DNA of 64,000 bases, taken from NCBI GenBank assembly GCA_002414225.1, contig DHYV01000040.1, positions 49,656-113,655 of the forward strand, written 5' to 3'. Below the pieces are notes generated by a model. The model made no database searches. It was not told the origin of the DNA and saw only the letters and a list, made by a program, of their open reading frames with translations. Positions 54,231-62,138 of the stretch are shown piece by piece (position 1 is the first letter of the stretch; the number at the start of each line of letters is the position of its first letter). The DNA is from Desulfobulbaceae bacterium UBA5121. GTDB taxonomy: Bacteria > Desulfobacterota > Desulfobulbia > Desulfobulbales > UBA5123. The position numbers and the translations under genes are program-made.

Positions 54231-54703
54231 TGCAGGATGCCTCCCATGGCGAAGGCGACGCCGAAGGAGAAGAGAAAGGCCAGGCCGTTGCGGAGCAGTG
54301 ACGCCCTGACCCCGAAGTGCTCGATCTCAAGCGGCAGGGTCAGAACCCCCACCGCCATCAGGGTGCAGACGAAGACCGCGATCTGGACCACGCCGCCGCC
54401 GTGCCGGTAGAGAGCAGCGGCGAGGGGGAAGGCCACGAAGCCGGGAATCAGGGTAATGGCGCCCAGCAGAGCTGCGGCCAGGACGCCGAACCAGCCCGAC
54501 TGCCGGCCGAAGAGGAGGTCGATTTTCTCCGGGCTGATCAGGGCCAGGGTAAGGCCGATGACCAGCAGGATGACGAGGATCTGGGGCAGGATGCCGGCAA
54601 AGGCGTTCCATGCCTTGATGACGGATTTTTTGGTGTTTTCCCTGTCCTTGGCGTAGGAGACGGCCAGGAGCAGCAGGGCGAGACAATAGAGGGTGAGGGT
54701 CAT
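54227..54703 (-). CDS. permease, first half of a split two-gene DUF318/ArsP-like permease
   Basis: 158 aa, polytopic (MTLTLYCLALLLLAVSYAKD...). RBS aaggag. Confidence 0.55.
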   Translation of the reverse strand: MTLTLYCLALLLLAVSYAKDRENTKKSVIKAWNAFAGILPQILVILLVIGLTLALISPEKIDLLFGRQSGWFGVLAAALLGAITLIPGFVAFPLAAALYRHGGGVVQIAVFVCTLMAVGVLTLPLEIEHFGVRASLLRNGLAFLFSFGVAFAMGGILQ

Positions 54704-55097
54704 GTTCAGCTCCTTTTGTGTAGCATGCTAACTATTTACTCAAAAGAATCACCAGCCAGGACTGGTCCATGCCTGGCTGGCCTTTTCCGTGAGAACCACC
54801 CTCCTCCGTCGGCCGGACCACGGTGCCGAGGTGATGGGCTGCCGAGACCCACCGGTGCGGACTGCGACAGGGGCTCCATGTCCGCGAGGTGGGCCAGATG
54901 CCGGGCCGGGTCGCGGGTGACCCCGGTGCCTTCCGTTCAGGGTGGCGACGGAGGCTCTCACGGCGAGGTTGCGCTGGCAGATGAAGCTTTGCAAGGAGGC
55001 AAGGGGTGGCATGGCGGATCATTTGGTGAATTTTGTTCGTATGCTAACAAAAAATCTTACCTTGGCAAGGGAATAATCTCGTCCGGGTCTTCCCTGC

Positions 55098-55904
55098 TCA
55101 GAACAGCTTGCCGTCCCGGCTGTGTTTGACGATGAGAGCGCGGAACATCTCCACCATCCCCTGACAGAGCAGATAGATGGCATCGACGCCGAGGTTGTCG
55201 GCGGCGGTTTCGTCGAAGAGCAGGTTCAATTTGGCGCCGAGGCCCGGCTCCGGCGCCCAGTAGTTGACCACCAGGGGCAGCCGGGGCAGGGGATGGAGAC
55301 GCAGCGAGCGGTCGGCCCCGGTGCCGGGAAGCGGCCGCGAACCGAAGAGGTCGAGGAGCTCGAAGAAGAGGTCGGGGTGGGCATTGGCCAGTTGCTGCAG
55401 TCCCGTTTCGCAGCGGTGGGCGAAGAAGCGGCTCCAGTCGCCGCCTTTGGGCAGTTGGGCAAAGGCGACCAGGCGGCCGGTGGGATGCCTTCCCTGGCCG
55501 TTGATGATGTAGTTCAGAAGCGGCACCTGGACCCAGAGGTTGCTGTGGCATTCGGAACGCAGCTCGCCGGTGGCGTTCACCACGAATTCCTTGCCCAGGC
55601 AGGGGATCGCCAGCCCTTCCGGCACGGTTCTGCCGCCCAGCCGCTCCGCCACGGAGGCGAAGTCAACGGCAGCAATGGCCTGCTTGAGGGCGTGCAGCCG
55701 TTCCTGCTGTTCCTCGGCAATGCTTTTGCGGACCACGACTTTGCCGCGCACCGCCTCGATGGCCCGGTCCGAAGCATGGGGACACTCTTCGATGGATTTT
55801 TGGCCTTGGATGACTGCCACTGCGAAGGCCATGCAGGAGGGCAGCAGACAGGCACGGCAGTTTGATTTGTCGAGCAGTCGATAGAGTTCCAAAGGGTTTT
55901 TCAT
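55098..55904 (-). CDS. RnfB-type Fe-S-cluster domain + DUF3786-like domain protein
   Basis: N-terminal LDKSNCRACLLPSCMAFAVAVIQGQKSIEECPH, a 4-Cys PF04060-like domain as in the RnfB N-terminus and CODH/ACS subunits. 268 aa. RBS gaggagag. Confidence 0.65.
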   Translation of the reverse strand: MKNPLELYRLLDKSNCRACLLPSCMAFAVAVIQGQKSIEECPHASDRAIEAVRGKVVVRKSIAEEQQERLHALKQAIAAVDFASVAERLGGRTVPEGLAIPCLGKEFVVNATGELRSECHSNLWVQVPLLNYIINGQGRHPTGRLVAFAQLPKGGDWSRFFAHRCETGLQQLANAHPDLFFELLDLFGSRPLPGTGADRSLRLHPLPRLPLVVNYWAPEPGLGAKLNLLFDETAADNLGVDAIYLLCQGMVEMFRALIVKHSRDGKLF

Positions 55905-56054
55905 GGCGAGCTCTCCTCATGGTGGTCGAAGGCGACAAGAGCTGGTGGCCGTTCCTTGCCGTGTCGCCCGCGGTTGGTGGACTCCGAGGAGAACAGAATT
56001 TCACCGCAAAGACATCAGCCGATCGGCTGATGTCGGCAATTTTCGGTAAAAAAA

Positions 56055-56897
56055 TCAGATAAGCCGGTGGCGGGCGGCCCAGACCGCTGCCTGTGCCCGG
56101 TCGTGGATCCCCAGTTTGTCGTAGACGTGGCTGACATGGGTCTTGACCGTATGGAGGCTGATGGCAAGGTGGCGGGAGATCTGGGGGTTGCTGGCGCCGT
56201 TGGCCAGGAGGACAAGGATTTCAAGCTCCCGACTGGTGAGCGCCGTTGCCGCGTCCGGCCGAGGCGCCGCCGGATGGCCGGCGGCGGGGGGAAGATGCAG
56301 CTCAAGGGTTGCGGTGCAGTTGCCGTCCCGGTCGAGAACCGGATAAACCGCCTTCTGCTCAACGGGGGCGGCAAGCCCGGGGCAGTCGCCGGGCGGTACC
56401 CCTCCCTGACTGAGGGCGGCGGCAAAGGCAAGACAGCTCGGTTGGCCGCATTGCCCACAGTTGGTGCGGGGCAGGATCCGGTAGATGGCCAGCGGTGTCG
56501 GGGCCGGCGATTGCCGGTACCTGGGGCGGATCTCGTGCCGGCGGGCATGCAGGTCGTTGCAGAAGGCAACCAGTCGTCGGCAAAAGTCCCGGACTCGGGC
56601 CTGATCGGCAAAGGATGCGGCGAGGATCTCCAGGGGATAGAGGGTACAGCGGGCCCCGTGGAAGTCGATCTGGATGCGTTCCGGGGTTTGCCAGTACCTG
56701 GCCCCGGCAACGCTGGCGTTGATGAACGGGAAGAGGGGCGAGAGGTCGCGGTCCACCTCGAACCTGATCCCGAGTTGGGCACCGGGCCAGGCAAAGGCCC
56801 CGGACCTTGTGATCTGCAGATTCCGGTAGCCGGAGAGAAACGCCTCGCCGCGCTCCGGTTGGGAACGTGGTTGTCTGAGCATGATCGTTTTGTACAA
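56055..56897 (-). CDS. LuxR-family transcriptional regulator with internal RnfB-type Fe-S-cluster domain
   Basis: Central LPRTNCGQCGQPSCLAFAAALSQGGVPPGDCPG (4 Cys). C-terminal HTH LTSRELEILVLLANGASNPQISRHLAISLHTVKTHVSHVYDKLG. The N-terminal ~140 aa are unassigned. Confidence 0.7.
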   Translation of the reverse strand: MYKTIMLRQPRSQPERGEAFLSGYRNLQITRSGAFAWPGAQLGIRFEVDRDLSPLFPFINASVAGARYWQTPERIQIDFHGARCTLYPLEILAASFADQARVRDFCRRLVAFCNDLHARRHEIRPRYRQSPAPTPLAIYRILPRTNCGQCGQPSCLAFAAALSQGGVPPGDCPGLAAPVEQKAVYPVLDRDGNCTATLELHLPPAAGHPAAPRPDAATALTSRELEILVLLANGASNPQISRHLAISLHTVKTHVSHVYDKLGIHDRAQAAVWAARHRLI

Positions 56898-57393
56898 TGA
56901 AACCGATTTTTCGACAAGAGGCGGCCGCCCGATCTTCTTTCCTTAAATTCGAGAAAAGCAGGAGATTCTCTGGCGGAGCCAACGGCGTAAAAAATGTTGT
57001 TGAGTACCAGCTGGGGCGGCAGCGGCACGCCATCAGGGGGATGCCCTCCCGCCCCGTCCGGGGCGGGAGGGGGGGCGGCACTGCCGTTCCGGCGCCCGGT
57101 TGACTGCGCCGCCACGCGGCCGAAGGTGCACGACCGCAGGATACATTAGGCCGCGGACTTTTTTCCCCCTTTCGATCACCGGTCGTCGCATCCCATCCGG
57201 CCACCCACGAACAGCTTCATGAGCGAAGATATTCGGAACCGCTCCTGTCTTTTCAGTGCAGCGTTGTTTTCCTGATGGTGGAGCTTGCTTTTTGATTTTG
57301 GCTGTGGGCAGAATGGGAACAAGTTGGGCGGTTTTGGTTTGTCAGGAAAGAGGGTTCACGTTCACGTACCATCAACGAAGGAGGAGGATTCCG

Positions 57394-58731
57394 ATGCAAC
57401 AGCGCAACAGGTTCAAGCAACTAGGCGTTTGGGCGGCCTTTCTCGTGGCGACCGCCGCCGTTCCGGGACTGGCGGTCGCCGACCCCTGTGAGTCTTGCCA
57501 CATGCAGAAAAATCCCGGACTCTTTCTCCAGTGGAAGAACTCCAAACACGCGGCAAACGGCGTCTCCTGTATCGACTGCCACCGCGCTGCGGCCACCGAT
57601 CCCGATGCCTTTTCCCATCACGGGGCCACCATCGCCACCCTGGTGACCCCCAAGGACTGCGGCCAGTGCCATGCCAAGGAGACCGAGCAGACCACCAACT
57701 CCTATCATGCCCATGCCGGAGAAATCCTTGAATCAGCGGATGCCTACCTGGCCCATGTGGCCGGCGGCGAGCCGGTGGCCATTGCCGGCTGCGCCGTCTG
57801 CCACGGCGCCAAGATCAAGATCGACCCCAAGTCTCCCAACCGCCTCGATCGCAAGACCTGGCCCAACTCGGGGATAGGCCGGATCAATCCGGACGGCTCC
57901 AAGGGCGCCTGCAACGCCTGCCACGTCCGCCATTCCTTTTCAGTGGCTCAAGCCCGGCAGCCGGAGAACTGCGGCAAATGCCATCTGGGCCCCGATCATC
58001 CGCAAAAGGAGATCTACGAGGAGTCCAAGCACGGCATCGCTTACTATGCCAATCGGGAGAAGATGAATCTGGACAAGAATTCCTGGGTTGTGGGGGTTGA
58101 CTACTACGAGGCGCCGACCTGCGCCACCTGCCATATGTCGGCCACCCCGGACCAGCCGGTCACCCATGATGTCGGCAACCGGATCTCCTGGACCTTGCGG
58201 CCACCCATCTCCAAGCACAAGGACGACTGGCAGCAGAAACGTAAAAACATGCAGGATGTCTGTCTCAACTGTCATCAGCAGCGATTCGTGGACGGCCACT
58301 ACTACCAGTACGACGCCATGGTGGAACTCTACAACGAAAAGTTCGGCAAGCCCGCCACCGAGATCATGAACATCATTAAGAAGAAGGGGTTGTTGGCCCG
58401 ACCGGCGGATTTTGCCAACAAGGTCGAGTGGGAGTACTGGGAACTCTGGCACCACGAGGGGCGGCGGGCCAGAATGGGCGCGGCGATGATCGGTCCGGAC
58501 TACACCTGGTGGCACGGGATCTACGACGTGGCCCAGAACTTCTACTTCAAGTTCCTGCCCGAGGCACGCCACTTCAACGATCCTGATGTGAACGCCTACA
58601 TCGACAATCTGCTGAAGAACAACCCCATGCATGACTGGGTGAACAAGCCGACCAAGGAACTCAAGGCGGCCATCCGCAGCGGTGAGCTGCAGAAGGTCTA
58701 CGACAAGTTGTTCGCGGCCGATAAGCAGTAG
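57394..58731 (+). CDS. octahaem c-type cytochrome, hydroxylamine-oxidoreductase (HAO) family-like, secreted
   Basis: Start at MQQRNRF after aggaggagga. Signal peptide ...VPGLAVA. Eight CxxCH motifs: CESCH, CIDCH, CGQCH, CAVCH, CNACH, CGKCH, CATCH, CLNCH. 445 aa. Confidence 0.8.
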   Translation: MQQRNRFKQLGVWAAFLVATAAVPGLAVADPCESCHMQKNPGLFLQWKNSKHAANGVSCIDCHRAAATDPDAFSHHGATIATLVTPKDCGQCHAKETEQTTNSYHAHAGEILESADAYLAHVAGGEPVAIAGCAVCHGAKIKIDPKSPNRLDRKTWPNSGIGRINPDGSKGACNACHVRHSFSVAQARQPENCGKCHLGPDHPQKEIYEESKHGIAYYANREKMNLDKNSWVVGVDYYEAPTCATCHMSATPDQPVTHDVGNRISWTLRPPISKHKDDWQQKRKNMQDVCLNCHQQRFVDGHYYQYDAMVELYNEKFGKPATEIMNIIKKKGLLARPADFANKVEWEYWELWHHEGRRARMGAAMIGPDYTWWHGIYDVAQNFYFKFLPEARHFNDPDVNAYIDNLLKNNPMHDWVNKPTKELKAAIRSGELQKVYDKLFAADKQ

Positions 58732-58749
58732 CGCCCGTCGTGGCGTTGT

Positions 58750-58795
58750 AAAAAAAACAGGCCAGGAACCTGCCATGGGTTCCTGGCCTGTTTTT
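58750..58795 (+). terminator. bidirectional rho-independent terminator
   Basis: aaaaaaaa, then caggccaggaacc-tgccatg-ggttcctggcctg, then ttttt. A perfect 13-bp stem flanked by A- and T-tracts. Confidence 0.85.
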
Positions 58796-59039
58796 GCGTC
58801 GGCGTTGCGCCTTGGCGTCATCGCACCGCCGGTTTCGTCCTGGGCGGCCTGGCAGGTGCGGGGGCCTGGCTCGCCGGCCTGGCGATCCAGGTGGTGCAGC
58901 ACGGCGGGTACGGCCAGGAAACCCGGCAGTGTGCAGTAGACCGCCACGACCGCAGATCCCATGGCCGCCTTTTGACCAGGCGCGAGCGGCGAATGAGAGG
59001 GGCTTGCCGGCCACTGGGCAAGGGGGCGACGCTTCGGTT

Positions 59040-60812
59040 CTATTCCACCATCTTGAGCATCTCGTCGATGATGTTTAAGCCCGCCTGCCAGAACTGCGGA
59101 TCGGTCAGTTCAACGCCGAACGGTTTCACCAGTTCGTAAGGGGTGTTGGCGCCGCCGGACCGGAGCAGATCCAGATACTTGGGCACGAACGCCGCCCCCT
59201 CCTGTCTGTAGAGGCCGTAAAGCGAGAGAACCAGCAGCTCGCCAAAGGCGTAGGAGTAGACATAGCCCGGGGTGCTCAGAAAATGCGGAATGTAGGACCA
59301 CCAGATGGAGTAGTCCGGGGTCATGGTCACCGCGTCGCCGAACATGGCCTGCTGGGTTTCCATCCAGTAGGTGGAGAGCCGATCGCTGGACAGCTCGCCT
59401 TCCTCGCGCCTGCCGTTGTGGGCCAGATGCTCGAAGCGGTTCATGGAAACCTGGCGGAAGACGGTGGCGAAGATCGATTCGAGCTTCTGGCAGATGAAGG
59501 CCCGCTTCTCGCCGGCATCACCGATCTGGGCAAGCTGGGAGTTGAAGAGAAGGAGTTCGGCGAACACCGAGGCGGTTTCGGCGAGCACCAGGGTGGTGTG
59601 GCTGTTGTAGTAGCCGCGGGCCGCGGCCAGGTACTGGTGAACGCCGTGGCCGAGTTCGTGGGCCACGGTGGAGACATCGCGGATGTTGCCGGTGTAGTTG
59701 ACCATCACGTAGGGGTGGACCTGCGGGATGCAGGGGTGGGCAAAGGCGCCGCCGCGCTTGCCCTCGGCGAGCGGCGCGTCGATCCAGCGCCGGTCAAAGA
59801 AGAACGAGGCGATTTCGGCCATTTCCGGTGAAAAGTCGCCAAATGCCTTGAGCACCATCTCCCGGGCCTGGCCCCAAGGCACGGCGGAGGAGGGCAGGAG
59901 GGGGAGCGGGGCGTAGCGGTCGTAGTCCACCAATTCGGGCAGCTCGAGCAGCTCGCGCTTGATCCGGTAGTAGCGCTGGGGGATGTCGTAGCGGCCGGTG
60001 ACCGCCTCCACCAGCACCTCCACGGTGCGGTGGTCGAGTTCGTTGGCGAGATTCATGGAGGCCACCCACGACGGGTAGCCGCGCAGCCGGTCGTCGATCA
60101 TCTTGTCGGCGGCCAGGGTGTTGAAGATGTGGGTGAGGATGTGGAGCTGACCGCGCAGCCCCTCGGTGAGGTCGGCGGCCGCCTGGCGCCGCATCTCGCG
60201 GTCGGCGTGGTAGAGGTCGGCGAGCACCTCTTCCTCGCCGCGCGCGGCCTCGCCGAATTTCAGGTGACCCATCACCTTGTCAAAGAGGGTGGTCCAGCTC
60301 GCGCGGCCCACCGGAGCGCGTTCGAGGAGCAGGGTTTCCTCCACCGAGGAGAGCAGGTGTTGGGCGTAGCGGCGCATGCTGGTGAGATAGTGGCGGTAGG
60401 GGGCGAGAAGCGGGTCGGCAAGCAGCACGCTCGCCGCGGCCTCGTCCACCTTGTTCCATTCGAGTTCGAAGAAGATGGTACGTTTGCCGAATCGGCTGCC
60501 GAGTTCGCGGATCTTCTGCAGGAAGGCGCCGGCCTCGGCCGACTTGGTGCGGGTGGCGAAGTTGAGGTAGGCAAAGGTGGCAAGCCTGCCCAGCCGGGTT
60601 TCGAGTTCTTCGAGGTCGGTGACCAGGGCGAGGAGTTCGGCGGCGGCGAGTTTCGCCACCCGCCCCTTGTAGCGCTCCTCGATCCGTACCGCCGCCTCCT
60701 CGCAGCCTTCGATGTCAATGGTAACGGCGTCGTCGTTGCTTCCCTGGTAGAGATCGTTTAGATTCCAGTTGACCCCGGTGGTCCCCAACTGGGCGTTCAG
60801 TTCTTCGGACAT
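59040..60812 (-). CDS. pepF: oligoendopeptidase F family (M3B) metallopeptidase
   Basis: Start at MSEELNAQLGTTGVNWNLNDLY. Zinc motif VAHELGHGVHQYL. 590 aa. The 1422-aa track ORF is this gene plus an antisense run-on. Confidence 0.85.
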   Translation of the reverse strand: MSEELNAQLGTTGVNWNLNDLYQGSNDDAVTIDIEGCEEAAVRIEERYKGRVAKLAAAELLALVTDLEELETRLGRLATFAYLNFATRTKSAEAGAFLQKIRELGSRFGKRTIFFELEWNKVDEAAASVLLADPLLAPYRHYLTSMRRYAQHLLSSVEETLLLERAPVGRASWTTLFDKVMGHLKFGEAARGEEEVLADLYHADREMRRQAAADLTEGLRGQLHILTHIFNTLAADKMIDDRLRGYPSWVASMNLANELDHRTVEVLVEAVTGRYDIPQRYYRIKRELLELPELVDYDRYAPLPLLPSSAVPWGQAREMVLKAFGDFSPEMAEIASFFFDRRWIDAPLAEGKRGGAFAHPCIPQVHPYVMVNYTGNIRDVSTVAHELGHGVHQYLAAARGYYNSHTTLVLAETASVFAELLLFNSQLAQIGDAGEKRAFICQKLESIFATVFRQVSMNRFEHLAHNGRREEGELSSDRLSTYWMETQQAMFGDAVTMTPDYSIWWSYIPHFLSTPGYVYSYAFGELLVLSLYGLYRQEGAAFVPKYLDLLRSGGANTPYELVKPFGVELTDPQFWQAGLNIIDEMLKMVE

Positions 60813-60980
60813 GGATCGACTCCCTCGTGCCTGGCCAGGCGGCAGGCCATGGTATGGGTACGTTTTTTTGTTGAATGCCTCTCGCTTAAAACTTCCAACC
60901 GCTCCATTTATAGCATACCCACGCCCACAGGCAAGCCGGAAAGGTTGGCCAAAGGCTCTGCCGGCCGGCGAGGAGAAGCC

Positions 60981-61928
60981 ATGTCTGCTTCGGTAACCAC
61001 GCGTATCGACGCCAATCGCTGTACCGGCTGCGGCCGCTGTGTGACCGTCTGTCCCGACCACGCCCTCGGCCTGCACCGGGGCGTGGCCGAGGTGACCGGT
61101 GGCAGCTGCCTTGCCTGCGGCCACTGTGGAGCCGTCTGCCCCACCGGCGCGGTGACGGTGGCGGCCATCGACCCCGCTTCCCTGGCCTTTTCCTCCTTTG
61201 CCCTTGACCGCGACCACTGCCTCGCGCCGGGCGATTTCGACCCGGCAGCCCTGGCGCGCCTCATGGCCTCGCGCCGATCCTGCCGCCACTACACCGGGCA
61301 GCCGGTGCCGCGGGGAGTGCTCGACGACCTCATCAAGATTGGCGCCTTGGCGCCCTCGGGCACCAACAGCCAGCGCTGGACCTTCACCGTGCTGGCGAGC
61401 CGCGCCGAGGTGCTGGCCCTGGGGGAGGGGATCGGGGCCTTCTTCGCCCGGCTCAACCGCCGGGCCGCGAACCCCTTGCTCCGCAACCTTCTGGCCCTCG
61501 TCGGCCAGCCGGCCCTGCGGGATTATTTCCGCCGCCACTCGGGCGGTGTCGCGGCAGCGCTTGCCGCCTGGCGCGACGAGGGCCGCGACCTCCTCTTCCA
61601 CGGCGCCACCGCCCTCATCCTGGTGGGGTCGCGACCCGGGGCGAGCTGCCCCATGGAAGACGCGCTGCTCGCCACCCAGAACATTCTCCTTGCCGCCCAT
61701 GCCATGGGACTTGGTTCCTGCCTGATCGGCTACGCGGTTGAGGCGTTGCGCCGCGATCGCGCCAGCCGGCGGCTCCTCGATCTCCCCCCCGACGAGCCCG
61801 TACATGCGGTGATCGCCCTGGGCTACCCGGCGGAACGATACCTGCGACTCACCGGCCGAAAAAAAACCGTGGTCCGCTATTCGGGCCTGGGGGCGGCGGC
61901 CGGGGGAGAGGCCCCCGCCTGCGGCTAA
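60981..61928 (+). CDS. 2x[4Fe-4S] ferredoxin domain fused to a nitroreductase-family domain
   Basis: Start at MSASVTTRIDANR after aggaga. CTGCGRCVTVCP and CLACGHCGAVCP, then RRSCRHYT...APSGTNSQRWTF. Confidence 0.8.
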   Translation: MSASVTTRIDANRCTGCGRCVTVCPDHALGLHRGVAEVTGGSCLACGHCGAVCPTGAVTVAAIDPASLAFSSFALDRDHCLAPGDFDPAALARLMASRRSCRHYTGQPVPRGVLDDLIKIGALAPSGTNSQRWTFTVLASRAEVLALGEGIGAFFARLNRRAANPLLRNLLALVGQPALRDYFRRHSGGVAAALAAWRDEGRDLLFHGATALILVGSRPGASCPMEDALLATQNILLAAHAMGLGSCLIGYAVEALRRDRASRRLLDLPPDEPVHAVIALGYPAERYLRLTGRKKTVVRYSGLGAAAGGEAPACG

Positions 61929-62138
61929 AAAAGATTTGCGGCCCTCGCCAAAGAACGATATAGATTTTGAGGCGGTGTGGGGGGCGTCGCGGGAGGGGGC
62001 TCGGGGCAAGCGACAGCCTCGGGGCCGTATCCCGCAAGCGGTTGGGGCGTTCCGGCCAGGCGATTTCCCTCCGGCTTCCCCGGCTTTGCGCCGTGTCACA
62101 CCGCTACCCTGCCAATCCACATTTTTTTGATCGAGTCC

